The notes under the pieces: generated by a model
Told to the model about the DNA's origin: nothing
Databases searched by the model: none
What the model saw: only the letters and a program-made list of their open reading frames with translations
Made by a program: the position numbers and the translations under genes
In this document: piece after piece, positions 8,601-18,818 of the stretch
Layout of the letters: each line of letters begins with the position of its first letter
Position numbering within the stretch: the first letter of the stretch is position 1
Origin: a virus
Lineage: Duplodnaviria; Caudoviricetes
Strand: one strand, 5' to 3'
IMG/VR virus record: IMGVR_UViG_3300011339_000873
Span: 1 to 33,179 of that record
Length of the DNA: 33,179 nt

Positions 8601-8751
8601 ATTCCCTTCTATTACTTCCGCTTTCTTCTACTATTTTAAATGTGCCAGCATCGGTTTTGCAATAAAATTTAGATAAAATAAAATTATCTGCATCGCTTGG
8701 AACGTGAAGCCACGTTTTAAGACTTTTTTTTCTTATATCTAATGTAGCCAT
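5605..8751 (-). CDS. Long mosaic tail fibre protein (1048 aa)
   Basis: Thr/Gly/Ser-rich; fibre motifs (GTVTSVGL, SQYVRGDGT, KQDALVSGTNIKTING); internal repeats. Confidence 0.8.
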   Translation of the reverse strand: MATLDIRKKSLKTWLHVPSDADNFILSKFYCKTDAGTFKIVEESGSNRREYSYTDITVYDDTDMGTPETFASAQALMLRLEALKYTGFNRDGDIPTSYIESVVAGTNVTIDDTDPLNPIISSTGGGGSQDLQGVTDNGNTTTNDIILINDANAIFGTGGGVVLDNGSKLKEGTIDAGYGGSKGVAQICAVGYELKWEAGRLYVMGDGGVTIREVSHNFTTTPTIYDDITKGFVIGSRWLLDNGTLYVCTDATDDAAVWELQVIGTENLQNVTDLGNTTTNALNVQLGDDYSIVNRTNVTTESDATGAYAFIENTGKLGINSGDFEGTIQANNLTANNVNLEFPQKAVGSYTIATTDDLTGGTVTSVGLTMPSAFSVTNSPITSSGDIAVTGAGVASQYVRGDGTLANFPTTGGGGASVSYYLNGSVSQGTIGGVAYKEMDGTPVIGAGTDFTINADGYIAQFITDSGNPNKLLIPAGNWNFETYFSASSGGGSPQFYMELYKYNGTTFTLISSNSAQPENITGGTNIDLYLTTLAVPPTTLLATDRLAVRFYVLHSGRTITMHTENSHLSQIITTFSTGLNALNGLTEQSQYFATGTSGTDFAISSATDTHTFNLPTASATNRGALSSANWSTFNGKQDALVSGTNIKTINGNSVLGSGNLLLGVPLTRQEFSFSGAQTFTLSGTPSDIYAVFVNGQELNSSQYFFVTTTLTISDTLQTGDKINILYTPTSVGVLEYYTKSQIDGFLTNSNIESIIGQASGSNSGYLASTDWTTFNNKQNAITLTTNNFSGVATFTGGTLNIPNYEGFIPKLRGNETYRGVAYSNNSTTEVTSGGITIATTGSTIARSVASTNYASKQVRKGFYGSVVSAGRYTGTRGSALLWYLGGGFKYVCDVYISDTAFGSGCRQFYGMIGQTSDLTYSDSVLVETMLNVIGIGSDALDTNLQVFHNDGSGVCTKVNLGANFPANRTAGSALTTVYSIEIYSENNASEVKYCVRNKETGDIAMGTITTNLPLATQGLNFTASRCMGAGVTNTGQFDLLTLGVYSL

Positions 8752-8753
8752 AA

Positions 8754-9284
8754 TTAGTAAGTTGTATTATTATAAACTTTTAAATGCAAATCAATTAAAT
8801 CACTTCCAGAACTTGTAACATCATCCAATGAAAATTGGAAAGTTGTTGTTGTCAAAGGTTTAAATACTACGCTCAAAGCATTGTTATCAACTAACATATC
8901 ACCGCTTTTTGATTCCAAAGTAAAAAATACGCTATAACTTGTTGTAGGCATTGCGTTTGTTAGTGTAACGGTGTAAGTATTTCCATTTGATCCAACAGCA
9001 TTCAAAATACAACTTGAAATGTTACCTTGTGTTGCACTACTTGCACCAACTGTCCCAGATCCTATATTTATACTTTTAACAACTCCACTATTAAGCGCCA
9101 ATACAGCTTGAATATCTATAATTGTATCGTTTAAAGCGCCTATTACAGCTGTTAATGTATTTACATTATCAAACAAAGTGTCTGTTATTTCCTGTTCAAC
9201 ATCAGCGTGTTCAGTCTTTATAACCTTTGGTGTTTTATTTCTAATTTTAGCATCTATAAATGCCGTTAATTCTGTTTGTGTCAT
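8754..9284 (-). CDS. Tail/baseplate structural protein (coiled coil plus beta domain)
   Basis: Position between tail hub genes and fibre; composition. Confidence 0.6.
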   Translation of the reverse strand: MTQTELTAFIDAKIRNKTPKVIKTEHADVEQEITDTLFDNVNTLTAVIGALNDTIIDIQAVLALNSGVVKSINIGSGTVGASSATQGNISSCILNAVGSNGNTYTVTLTNAMPTTSYSVFFTLESKSGDMLVDNNALSVVFKPLTTTTFQFSLDDVTSSGSDLIDLHLKVYNNTTY

Positions 9285-9288
9285 ATCT

Positions 9289-10434
9289 TTATATTAAATA
9301 GTCTGTTGAGTAATCTGAATCTGAATAATCACCTACAACAATATTGAAACTCCATGAATAAAAATCTGTTGTTTGAAGTGTTGAAGAAAATAAGCCTTTT
9401 GGAATTTCAACTGTATAACTTCCAATTGCTGGTGTAAATGCGCTTGTGTCTATATTATAATAAACACCATCAAAAGTTAAATCTAAATAATCATAAGAAA
9501 ATAAAATATTTCCATCACCATCTTTTAAATTAATTAATGATGCTATTGGATTTAAAGTAACTGGTTTATTCAAAGAAAATGAAATTTCATTAAAAAACTC
9601 GTATAAACTTATCTGGCCAACTGGATTATTTTCTATAATTTTTAACCCTTCATAAATTTGATAATCAAAAGTAAAAAGGTCGTTATTGTTTATGTATGCA
9701 GAAAATTCAGCTTCTGATAAATTAGAATAGCCTAATCGCTCCGACCCTTTTACGTTTGTTTTGTTTGTCATTCTTAACCCATCAATATAAATAATATCGT
9801 GGATTAATAAAACATTTATTCTTTTAAATACAAATGGATCAATATTTACAAATTTATAATTTGTTACTTGCTTTAATAAGGCCCTTGTACTTATTGTATT
9901 TCCTTTGCTTATCTGGTAATAATCTTTAACTTCCGTTTCATTATCCAAACGATCAAAAAAACATCTTAACCTAATTGACTGATAAAAATCAACTATATTA
10001 TAAGATATTCCATGAAAATAATCATTTGATTTATAGTCAAAACGTGTGGTTTGTTCTTCAGCTTCTTCAGTTATTAATATTTCATTTGAAAACCAAACAT
10101 CAGATCCTGTTGTTTTAACAAATTTTAACCTTACAGGCTGAAATCCAAAATCAACATTTAAAAAATTAATTTCAAATGCAATCTGGTGAACTCCATTAAT
10201 ATCAGTAAATTCAAATATTGATACATTTGTAGTAATATCGGCCAATGATGTATTATCACAGTCAACAACAAAGACGGCAAAGTCATTGTCAAATGCGATG
10301 CCATCAGCGTTGTTACTTATTTGCAGATAACTTTCAGAAGGTAATAATTGCACACAATCTGAATAGTTAATTTGTGAAATTTTTGGATTTTCACTATCTG
10401 TGTTTTTCGATAATTTTATAAAACTATAATCCAT
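9289..10434 (-). CDS. Tail structural protein with C-terminal Ig-like domain
   Basis: FSLNKPV...GSYTVEIPKGLF...WSFNI Ig-like pattern; likely start MDYSFIK at 10434. Confidence 0.6.
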   Translation of the reverse strand: MDYSFIKLSKNTDSENPKISQINYSDCVQLLPSESYLQISNNADGIAFDNDFAVFVVDCDNTSLADITTNVSIFEFTDINGVHQIAFEINFLNVDFGFQPVRLKFVKTTGSDVWFSNEILITEEAEEQTTRFDYKSNDYFHGISYNIVDFYQSIRLRCFFDRLDNETEVKDYYQISKGNTISTRALLKQVTNYKFVNIDPFVFKRINVLLIHDIIYIDGLRMTNKTNVKGSERLGYSNLSEAEFSAYINNNDLFTFDYQIYEGLKIIENNPVGQISLYEFFNEISFSLNKPVTLNPIASLINLKDGDGNILFSYDYLDLTFDGVYYNIDTSAFTPAIGSYTVEIPKGLFSSTLQTTDFYSWSFNIVVGDYSDSDYSTDYLI

Positions 10435-13042
10435 TGAGCGCATCACTTAAATTAACTGCATTTGTATAAGATACTCCATTAACCTTTACTTTCTCTATCC
10501 TTGTGGGATTAATTAACGGTATATTATTGAAGTCGTACAAAGTTACAAAAAAACCATCAATTTTAAACCAGTTACGTTTTAATATTATAGAATCATAACC
10601 AACCTCATTAATATTGATTAATTCCGTGCCAATTATGTCAATTGTTACAAAGTCGCTTTCGTTTCTTTGCTCTCCTTCAATTGTTAATAAATTACTCATC
10701 CATTCATAATCTAACTTTGTAGGATGTATTTTTAAAACTCGGTTATTTGTATCAACAACCCGAATAAATCCTTTTTGAGTGGCTAAATTATCCAGCAATG
10801 TTTTAACCGTTTCAAATTCTGCAATTACTTTGGTTTTAAATACCATCGGCGACAAAATAGCATCATTTAAATCAGTTACATTAATATTGCCACCCTCAAC
10901 AGTTGCAACCGTTTCTGATCCGTATTTTGTGGAAAGTAAACCGTTATTTTTAAAGAATGTATTTTGTATTATTCCGCTTGGTTTGTATTTGGATGCTGTT
11001 TTTAAATAACTGCTCCAATATTTCATATTTCTTTTTATAGAATATCTTAAATTACTATAATTGTCGCCACTTGACAAATTAAGTATTTCAGTAAATCCCT
11101 GACTTGTTCTATTTACATAAGATACATTATTAAGTGGAAATTCTGTTTTAATAAATCCATCACCTTCAAAACTTGGTGTAAATCCACTCGGTGTTAATAC
11201 TATTTTTTCACGCTCTAATGAATATACTGTGTAAGATCCTATATTTTCACCATCAATAATTTTAAAGTCAGAACCAACAACAAAACCTAACAAAGTCCAA
11301 TCGAATGAAGCTCCTTCACCATTTAAAGTGTTGTTAAGTATTTCAAGCCTTCCGCTATTCATTCGCATTAATAAAACATTCACAAATCCATCAATTGTTC
11401 CGTCTGCTAATGGAAAAACATCAATTAAAAATACTTTATCATCATTATCCAAAGAAGTGCTTTCTTTTGTGCTTATTCCTTGCCTTCTGGATGCCTCAAT
11501 ACTAAACGGATCACGAATATAATTTACCTCTACTTTTTTAACATTTTCAACCAGTTTATTAGGTAACAAAAATTGAGCATCTGTATGGATACTATCAATT
11601 GTGTTGCTTTCATCTTTGTTTTGTTCAAAAGTTTTATAAGAATAATTAAAAGCGTTAATACTATATCTATCATTAAAATTTGTATTAAATTCAGAATCTG
11701 GAGCCTGTAAAAATCCACCCAAATCAACATTATTATAAAAGTCATTATACTGCCCTATAAACACGTTATTTTGGTTTATCTGATAGTCTGCATTTAACTC
11801 TTGTAAACCATCCGTTAAATCCTTAAAATTAACGTAAAACGGCTTGTCAACATATTGTCTGATTAATTTACCGTTAAATGCAAATTGTTCATAAAATTCA
11901 CCGTCAACATCAAATTTTGGAGCGTCAATTGTTAGTCCTGAAATTGATTTTATATTTTGTTTTAATAAATCAATGTACCGAATTCCTTTTATAACGCTAT
12001 TCATTGCAGTTGAAGTGGCTGTAATATTTACACTTTCGCAATTATAAGATAAATTAATTGTTCCTACTGGTGTTCCCGCTGGTGTGGTTAATGAATTTTG
12101 CCCTATTATACTGATCCATATTTTACCGCCTGTTGGTAAAAAAGGAATTAAAACTTCATAATCTTTGTTACTTACTGCAAAATTATCATTTGTTGAGCTT
12201 TCTAATGTTACAAAATCAAAATCACCAGAAACATAAGAAGTTCCATAATAAACTCTAAATGTAAAGCTATTGAAAAACCCGCCAGAACTATAAACAAAAT
12301 TAAAATTATTTATATTTATTCTTATATCTGAAAGGCTGTTTACTGCTCTTATTATAGTTGATTCATCCCTTGCAGATTCTATTTGTGGTTGAGTAAATAA
12401 TGAAGGTAAATAAGTATTTTGGAAAAATGTACTAAATGAATTCTCAATATTAAACGTATTTAAACTGCCTGTAATATTACATATTAAAGCATCTTGACCA
12501 TACATTGGTTGATAAATATCTTCTTGTTCAAAACCGCTCCATTTACTGTTTTGCAATACTGGCTTTGCTTTTAACAGTATGTTTTCAGTTGCCAAAGGTG
12601 TAATTGTGTTTAAATCCAGATCCTTATCACTAAAAACATCAACATTAATATCTTTGCGCCTGTTTATTATTGCCCTGTTGTTTTCCTGAATAATTTTACA
12701 CTCAAAATAAGTAAGTAAATCAGTTTTGGCCATTTGGAAATCAAGTAATCCAATCGTAAAATTAACACCGTTTTTTTTAAGTATAAATTCAACCTCACTT
12801 TCAAATCCGTATGTTTTGTAATAATCTAATAATTGAAACAATCCCATTGTTAAACCATTATCAAAAGTTCCATCATAAAACTCCAAACTAACTTCCTCAT
12901 TGCCATAGCTTATGTCCCTTCCATAACGGGTTTTATCTTGTTCAACTGTAAAGCTGGCACCATCGAATTTAACAGGCTCGGTTATCTCAATCAAGCCTGT
13001 AGCATCATTTTTAAAGTTTAAATAAAATGTAAAGTTTTCCAT
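10424..13042 (-). CDS. Large tail tip/hub protein (872 aa)
   Basis: Immediately downstream of tape measure; size and composition. Confidence 0.7.
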   Translation of the reverse strand: MENFTFYLNFKNDATGLIEITEPVKFDGASFTVEQDKTRYGRDISYGNEEVSLEFYDGTFDNGLTMGLFQLLDYYKTYGFESEVEFILKKNGVNFTIGLLDFQMAKTDLLTYFECKIIQENNRAIINRRKDINVDVFSDKDLDLNTITPLATENILLKAKPVLQNSKWSGFEQEDIYQPMYGQDALICNITGSLNTFNIENSFSTFFQNTYLPSLFTQPQIESARDESTIIRAVNSLSDIRININNFNFVYSSGGFFNSFTFRVYYGTSYVSGDFDFVTLESSTNDNFAVSNKDYEVLIPFLPTGGKIWISIIGQNSLTTPAGTPVGTINLSYNCESVNITATSTAMNSVIKGIRYIDLLKQNIKSISGLTIDAPKFDVDGEFYEQFAFNGKLIRQYVDKPFYVNFKDLTDGLQELNADYQINQNNVFIGQYNDFYNNVDLGGFLQAPDSEFNTNFNDRYSINAFNYSYKTFEQNKDESNTIDSIHTDAQFLLPNKLVENVKKVEVNYIRDPFSIEASRRQGISTKESTSLDNDDKVFLIDVFPLADGTIDGFVNVLLMRMNSGRLEILNNTLNGEGASFDWTLLGFVVGSDFKIIDGENIGSYTVYSLEREKIVLTPSGFTPSFEGDGFIKTEFPLNNVSYVNRTSQGFTEILNLSSGDNYSNLRYSIKRNMKYWSSYLKTASKYKPSGIIQNTFFKNNGLLSTKYGSETVATVEGGNINVTDLNDAILSPMVFKTKVIAEFETVKTLLDNLATQKGFIRVVDTNNRVLKIHPTKLDYEWMSNLLTIEGEQRNESDFVTIDIIGTELININEVGYDSIILKRNWFKIDGFFVTLYDFNNIPLINPTRIEKVKVNGVSYTNAVNLSDALNGL

Positions 13043-15676
13043 TTATACGATCCTTCCTTTAGTTGTTAATCTGCTGTTTAATATTTCACGAGTGCGACCA
13101 TTTGAACTTATCATTTTCTTAAATCCGTTTTCGTTAATGTCAATTGCCACCTCATTTGATCCACTATATTTTCTAAAAACACTTTCCAAATCATCTTTAT
13201 TAATTCCGTTGGTTTGGTTTGTTTGTAACGGTGAAATATTGTTTTTCAAAAGTAAGTTATTAATTTGTTTGCTCCATTGATCTGGTGTGAAAATTTGCGT
13301 TCCTTTTGGAGCATCAACTACTTTATTTCTGCCTTTAAACTGTCTGATTTTTCCATCTGGTGTTACAACTGTTTCCTGATATTTTGAACCTTTTGCATCA
13401 TTGATTAACATTTTCCCACCTTCGTGAACCCCACCTTCTGCAAATGCAGGAATTTCTTGAGCGGCAACCATTGCCAACTGTGCAGCACCCAATGCTCCAA
13501 CAATCAAAGATAACGGAATACCAGCAAATCCAGTCTTACCAAGTGTTGCAACAATAGCTTGTGCAGTATTAACCGCAATATTAAACAAGGCCTGTCTTTT
13601 TTCGGCTTCGGCTTGTCTTCTTTGTATTACTTTGCGTTTTTCTTCGTATTGTTTTTCTATTTCAGCTCTGGCCGTTGCACTACTTCCAGCAAATGCAATA
13701 GAAACATTCTTTTGTTGTTCTAAACGTGCATATTCAGCATTAAAACGTGCCTCACTTTGTTTTGTTAATGTATTTGTCAATTCCTGACCTATTTCCATCA
13801 TTGCAACGGCTGTTGTTTTCCAATCATCACCAAAACCTTCAATCTCTTTATTTAACACTTTGAACAAAGTTGGCATTCCTGATTCACTTCCAAATTGATC
13901 ATAAAAACTTTGTAAATATTGACTTGTTTTTTCTAAACTTTCTTTTGTTGCTATTGGTAATTGTTCAAGTTCAGTTGTTGCGCCAGTTACTAATCCAGCC
14001 ATTTGCAATCTTTCGCCACCTCTTAAATATAATAAACTGGCATTTAAAAACTCTAATTGTGCGTTATATGATTCATATTCTTTTGTAGTTGTTGCAACCG
14101 ATGCCCTTAATTTTTCCAAGCGTGAAATTTCAGCCAAGAAATAATCCTCTGTGCCTCTGTTTATTTCTTTATCTACTTTTAATTTATCTTTTGCTAATTT
14201 GGTTTTTTCTTTTGTATTTGCAATTTCTTTTTTGTCTTTAATTTCTAACGGCTTGGCCTGAACAAGCATTTCTTGCATTGTTTTTATAAGCAATGCATTT
14301 TCTTCTCTTTCTTGTGCTTTTAAATTGTTTTTATCCTTATTTAATATTATTAATTTTCTTTCTTGTGCTAAAATTAACTCACTATTAGATATTCTAACTG
14401 TTTGAGTTTTTTCTTCTCTTGATCCAGGAATAATTAAATCCTTTCCGCTTTGTCTTAATTTTAAAATTTCGGCTTCTGTTTCTTGTATTTTTTCTTGAAT
14501 ACTTAAATAATCCTCTAAACTATCTTTTGCATTTTCAGCTAATTTATCGCCAATTGCTTGTGCCATATATTTTGCCATTATTGCATCACGAAGTTTATAA
14601 TATTGACTTTCAGCTTTACCATTTAAAATGTTTTCATCTGATATATTAGCTAAAAAATTAGGATAAAGTTCCTGTAATTTATTAACGGCCTCACGCCTTT
14701 GGTCAATAGATATTGAAACATCCTGACTTACTTTGTAAAGTGTGTCCAATTCAGATATTTCAGTCGATGCGCTTTCAGATGCTTTTTTTCTTGCATCTGT
14801 TATTTGATTCATTTGATCTGATATCGTTTGCATTTGTTTACCACCATCAAGTAATTTACCTATAAAAGTTACAATATCCTTACCATATAATGTAAGCAAA
14901 GTAACACCAACGCTTAAGGCTGTTCCTAAACTAAAAACAGAAGATGCAAGTTGTTTAAATACTGATTGAGTTGGTTGACCTTGTGCCTGTAGTTCCTTAT
15001 TTTGATTAATGATACCACCAACTGCATCAAAAAAGATAGGTAAGTTGTTCGAAATTGCCATAAATCCAGTTTGTACAGAATTGGCAAAGGCTGGCATCTC
15101 ACGGCTTAATTGATTAATACTATTTGATAATGGATTAAATGCTCCAGCATAATTACCAACATTTCGCTGGTATTTACCCATTTGACCATCAACAGCTTTT
15201 AAGGCTTTGTCATAGTCTTGAATCCTTTTACCTAATCTTTCTAAACTTTGCTCCTCTTTTAGTGTTAATTGGCTTCCTAATTCCTTCCTAATAGCTAAAT
15301 CTTTATAAGTTTTCTGCAATAAATTCATACTGTTTTGAATTTTATTGTAAACTGATTCGGATGCTTTTAATCTGGCTTCTTCCTTTTGTAATTGTGCATT
15401 ATATTTGTCAAAGGCTTTTTCCCTAACTTGTTGAAGTCTTATTTCTGCAAGTCTGTTTCTTTCAACTTGTTTTTCTAATTGCGCCTGTATTTTTGCCTGA
15501 TCCTTTATTTTCTCGTTTAAATCAGTAACATTTTTAGGGGATTGACCACCATTAAAAGAAAGTTGCAGTTTTGAAATTGCTACTACTTCCTCGTGTGTTT
15601 TGGTTAATGATTTATAAAGGTCATCAAGTTGTTTTTGTGCCTCTTTACTTACTATTAAGTCAATACTATTTGCCAT
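13043..15676 (-). CDS. Tail tape measure protein (877 aa)
   Basis: Long helical/coiled-coil protein, YQRNVGNY motif, hydrophobic Ala/Gly segments, C-terminal PAFAEGG. Confidence 0.88.
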   Translation of the reverse strand: MANSIDLIVSKEAQKQLDDLYKSLTKTHEEVVAISKLQLSFNGGQSPKNVTDLNEKIKDQAKIQAQLEKQVERNRLAEIRLQQVREKAFDKYNAQLQKEEARLKASESVYNKIQNSMNLLQKTYKDLAIRKELGSQLTLKEEQSLERLGKRIQDYDKALKAVDGQMGKYQRNVGNYAGAFNPLSNSINQLSREMPAFANSVQTGFMAISNNLPIFFDAVGGIINQNKELQAQGQPTQSVFKQLASSVFSLGTALSVGVTLLTLYGKDIVTFIGKLLDGGKQMQTISDQMNQITDARKKASESASTEISELDTLYKVSQDVSISIDQRREAVNKLQELYPNFLANISDENILNGKAESQYYKLRDAIMAKYMAQAIGDKLAENAKDSLEDYLSIQEKIQETEAEILKLRQSGKDLIIPGSREEKTQTVRISNSELILAQERKLIILNKDKNNLKAQEREENALLIKTMQEMLVQAKPLEIKDKKEIANTKEKTKLAKDKLKVDKEINRGTEDYFLAEISRLEKLRASVATTTKEYESYNAQLEFLNASLLYLRGGERLQMAGLVTGATTELEQLPIATKESLEKTSQYLQSFYDQFGSESGMPTLFKVLNKEIEGFGDDWKTTAVAMMEIGQELTNTLTKQSEARFNAEYARLEQQKNVSIAFAGSSATARAEIEKQYEEKRKVIQRRQAEAEKRQALFNIAVNTAQAIVATLGKTGFAGIPLSLIVGALGAAQLAMVAAQEIPAFAEGGVHEGGKMLINDAKGSKYQETVVTPDGKIRQFKGRNKVVDAPKGTQIFTPDQWSKQINNLLLKNNISPLQTNQTNGINKDDLESVFRKYSGSNEVAIDINENGFKKMISSNGRTREILNSRLTTKGRIV

Positions 15677-16295
15677 TCTTTTGTGATTTTATTGTTTTTT
15701 CAGCTTGTTTTTGGAATTCAATCCATTCTTTTACTGTGATTTCTTTTGCATCCAGTTTATATTTTAATTCTAAAATACGACTAACAGATATTAATTGTGA
15801 TTCAATACTTTGGCTTTCCTGTTGGTCATCTTTTTTTAGTTCTAATTGTAATACTTCGATTTGAGTCTTAACATTCTGCAATCTTTGGTTAATGCTTTCA
15901 ATTTGTGAAAATATATCTTTTGCCCTGTCAATTTTATAATGCCATTTTTCAAGTTCCCAAGTCAAAGCGTGGAACATATCAATATTTAAACCTTTGTCAT
16001 AATTGTATAATGATTTAAGTATTAATGTAACGCAATTATATTTCCCCTCTAATTTTAACAGTTTATAAATCTTTGAAAATCTTTGATATACTGTATTATT
16101 TTGAGTAAGTTCTAAATATTCAACAAAGAAATCATTCATTACCAAATGCAGATCCTTAACCTCTTTTAATTCCTTTGTAAAGTATTTTAAATCATTTGTT
16201 TCAAGATACTTTTGAAAGTTCCAAAGTGGCATTTCATCGCACTTTCTATAAATATTGACGGATGTACTTATCCAATTCAGATTTAATAATTTCAT
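15666..16295 (-). CDS. Putative tail assembly chaperone (start uncertain)
   Basis: Helical protein directly upstream of tape measure. Confidence 0.55.
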   Translation of the reverse strand: MKLLNLNWISTSVNIYRKCDEMPLWNFQKYLETNDLKYFTKELKEVKDLHLVMNDFFVEYLELTQNNTVYQRFSKIYKLLKLEGKYNCVTLILKSLYNYDKGLNIDMFHALTWELEKWHYKIDRAKDIFSQIESINQRLQNVKTQIEVLQLELKKDDQQESQSIESQLISVSRILELKYKLDAKEITVKEWIEFQKQAEKTIKSQKNGK

Positions 16296-16686
16296 AATTA
16301 AGTTTTTGTTGATTGTCGTAATTCAATCCAAAAATATTTTTACCATATTTTCCAATCAAATCAGGTGTTTTTCTATCGTTTGAATTAAAAGTTAAGATTA
16401 AATTGTCTTTGTCTACTGTTAAATAAAACCCATCATAAAACGCTCCAGAATAGTTCAAAGTTGTTCTGTCATAAGGTTGGCCTAAAAGTTGTTTTATCTG
16501 GACCGTAAAAAATGCATAAGGTTTTAAGTCTAATCCTAAACTATCCTCACCTTTTTCATACAATTGCACCTGTCTGTTTAAATCAATTATCTCGGCCTTT
16601 TTTCTGTTGATTATACCTTCTGTTTGTTGCGGAATATTATCCCGAACATTTTTCACAAAATCCATATAATCTTTTACAGTTCTCAT
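16246..16686 (-). CDS. Putative neck/tail morphogenesis protein (146 aa)
   Basis: DRTTLNYSGAFY...KYG.NIFGL pattern; likely start MRTVKD at 16686 because the track's longer start lies inside the terminator. Confidence 0.6.
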   Translation of the reverse strand: MRTVKDYMDFVKNVRDNIPQQTEGIINRKKAEIIDLNRQVQLYEKGEDSLGLDLKPYAFFTVQIKQLLGQPYDRTTLNYSGAFYDGFYLTVDKDNLILTFNSNDRKTPDLIGKYGKNIFGLNYDNQQKLNYEIIKSELDKYIRQYL

Positions 16687-16690
16687 AATA

Positions 16691-16698
16691 CAAAAGTA
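16691..16698 (-). promoter_or_regulatory. Isolated -7 box (possible late promoter)
   Basis: TACTTTTG between terminator U-tract and ATG; no clear -33. Confidence 0.45.
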
Positions 16699-16699
16699 C

Positions 16700-16729
16700 A
16701 AAAAAAAGCGCACCTATTAAGATGCGCTT
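16700..16729 (-). terminator. Intrinsic terminator after major tail gene
   Basis: Minus strand AAGCGCATCTTAATAGGTGCGCTTTTTTTT. Confidence 0.85.
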
Positions 16730-16750
16730 AATTCATTAACTTAAAACAAA

Positions 16751-17686
16751 TTATATAGCTGTTGTAGTTGCTACATTTGATTTATAAAGTACACCATCAA
16801 GGTTTATAATAGTTTTTAATAGTGTAGTATCCCAAGTTTTTAGCGTTAATACTTTACCCGCTGTGAATGCTGGCACAGTTAACGTGTATTTTCCAGCCTC
16901 TGTTGTGCTTTCTGTTAAAGTTGTGATTGTTGTAGTAACACCATCAACAGTATAAAGCAAATCAGTCTTAAGCAATCCGCTTAAAGATACTTGATGATTA
17001 TCTGCTAATGTTTTAACAGTGAAAACAATTGATGTTCCAGCAGTTGGAGCAGTCATTGCAAATACTGCATCATTAACACCATCAAGGTCTTCCTGTGCGT
17101 TGTAATCCAAGTTGTCAGCAGTAATCCAGCTTACACGCTCGTCAAATTCTAAACGGTTAACCATTTGGAAAGTTACTGTTTGAGCAGAAGCATCCGTTCC
17201 ATTACTCATAGTGTATTTTCCATTTTCAAACATTCCAAGCGTAAAACCTTTAAATTCACCTGCTTTGGTTTGTGTGAAGATAGCATCACCTTTAGAATCA
17301 AACATGATCAAGTCATATTGTCTGTTACTTGATAATGAAGTCAATGCTTTGTGAAAGCTCAAACCGTTATCAAACATCACAACATATTCGTAAGGATTTT
17401 TACCCGCTACGATTTTTTCACCTGATCCAGCACGTGTGATAATTGTGTCTTCTGCTGTGTTGTCTGTTAATTCAACAACACCTTGCAAAATGATTAATTG
17501 CCCCTTTTGTTGCAATTCTTGAATGTAAGCCAATTCCAGAGAACGTGCCTCATCAAATTTTAGGCCTCTTTCAAGTAGACCTAATGTTGTTACTCTTTTG
17601 ATATCCTGTTTGCAGTTTTTCAGACCAGTTCCTAAAACTTCTGATGCGCTACAGTTTACCGAATTTACGATGTTAGTTAATGCCAT
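16751..17686 (-). CDS. Major tail tube protein
   Basis: Position after neck genes, followed by a terminator; 311 aa with Thr-rich Ig-like C-terminus. Confidence 0.75.
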   Translation of the reverse strand: MALTNIVNSVNCSASEVLGTGLKNCKQDIKRVTTLGLLERGLKFDEARSLELAYIQELQQKGQLIILQGVVELTDNTAEDTIITRAGSGEKIVAGKNPYEYVVMFDNGLSFHKALTSLSSNRQYDLIMFDSKGDAIFTQTKAGEFKGFTLGMFENGKYTMSNGTDASAQTVTFQMVNRLEFDERVSWITADNLDYNAQEDLDGVNDAVFAMTAPTAGTSIVFTVKTLADNHQVSLSGLLKTDLLYTVDGVTTTITTLTESTTEAGKYTLTVPAFTAGKVLTLKTWDTTLLKTIINLDGVLYKSNVATTTAI

Positions 17687-17688
17687 TT

Positions 17689-18183
17689 TTAATTAAAATT
17701 TATAGTTTTTAAACAATTATCTTTGAAGTAAATATCCAATTCTAAAACAATCACATTCCAGTTATCAATAGTTTTTGCATTTTTACCATTGTCTTCAGAA
17801 TAGTTTGATCGTCTTTGTAATTTATATTTTCCTTCCTTTATTTCTGTAGTTGTACTTCGATCCAATGCCTTTAGTATATTTTCTGCAAGTGGATTTAATA
17901 CATCATTAAATTCTGTTTCCCAAATTATTGGGTTTGTGTTTGTTTGGTGTACGGATTGCTTTGCAATAATTAGTTTAACAGATTTTTCAACTCCTTTTTT
18001 TGAGAAGTTACCATTTTCTTCATTTTCAACTAACCAAATCAACGGATACTTATTTGTTTGCTTTAATTGTGCTAAATACAAATTTAATGAATCCTGTGAA
18101 CCCCAGTTAAATTTTGGTTGAAAACCTTGAATAGTTGGTAACTGTGCGAATAAATCTCTTAAATAATGCTCTACTACAATCAT
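17689..18183 (-). CDS. Putative tail terminator/neck protein
   Basis: KYPLIWL motif; position before tail tube. Confidence 0.6.
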   Translation of the reverse strand: MIVVEHYLRDLFAQLPTIQGFQPKFNWGSQDSLNLYLAQLKQTNKYPLIWLVENEENGNFSKKGVEKSVKLIIAKQSVHQTNTNPIIWETEFNDVLNPLAENILKALDRSTTTEIKEGKYKLQRRSNYSEDNGKNAKTIDNWNVIVLELDIYFKDNCLKTINFN

Positions 18184-18818
18184 AACCCAAACTGATTTTG
18201 ATTTCTAAATAAAGTCATATTTGCATCTGGATAATCTGTTTCATGATCAGCTAAAAACTGAATCAAACTAACATATCCTAACTGCTCACCGCTTCCAAAC
18301 CAATCCACAACTTTTGTTGTCCCTTTATACCATACAGTTGGAAAGTAAGTATTTGTTCCCTGATATTCAGAAACAAAGTCATTCCAAACTGTTACCAATC
18401 TTTGATTTGAATTAACATTTTGAGTGTTTTGTGAATTAATCATCTTCTCGCCTGTTCCAGTAACAACAGAAATGGAATCTTTTAACCAAGAGTAAAAAGT
18501 ATATTTGGCCAGCAATGATGACTTATAAAGTCCTTCAGTGTATTTTAAGCCTTTCCACTTGTATAATTTACCCTCTTTGGTATATTCTGTTCCGTTTACA
18601 AAATTAAGCCATTTTTGAGGCGCTAATGTATCCAGAACTCCATTTGTTATTTTACTATCCAAATCTTTAAATAAAACGTATCCTAATGCATTTTGTAATA
18701 ATTCACGACATTTTTCATCAATATATTGATTTAATACTGTAAGATTATCGGAATCCATCTCGTTAAGATTTGGAATACTCAATTCTTTGATAAAATATGT
18801 TTGGTCAATTAAATACAT
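18180..18818 (-). CDS. Putative head-tail adaptor
   Basis: Position after capsid; helical N-terminus (ELLQNALGYVLF). Confidence 0.6.
   Translation of the reverse strand: MYLIDQTYFIKELSIPNLNEMDSDNLTVLNQYIDEKCRELLQNALGYVLFKDLDSKITNGVLDTLAPQKWLNFVNGTEYTKEGKLYKWKGLKYTEGLYKSSLLAKYTFYSWLKDSISVVTGTGEKMINSQNTQNVNSNQRLVTVWNDFVSEYQGTNTYFPTVWYKGTTKVVDWFGSGEQLGYVSLIQFLADHETDYPDANMTLFRNQNQFGL

Noticed and set aside
4175-8751. Diversity-generating retroelement or invertible fibre cassette
   Set aside because: No reverse transcriptase, invertase, template/variable repeat pair or inverted gene segment seen
16246-16295. Programmed -1 frameshift for tail chaperones
   Set aside because: The downstream ORF is in the +1 frame and there is no XXXYYYZ slippery site in the overlap
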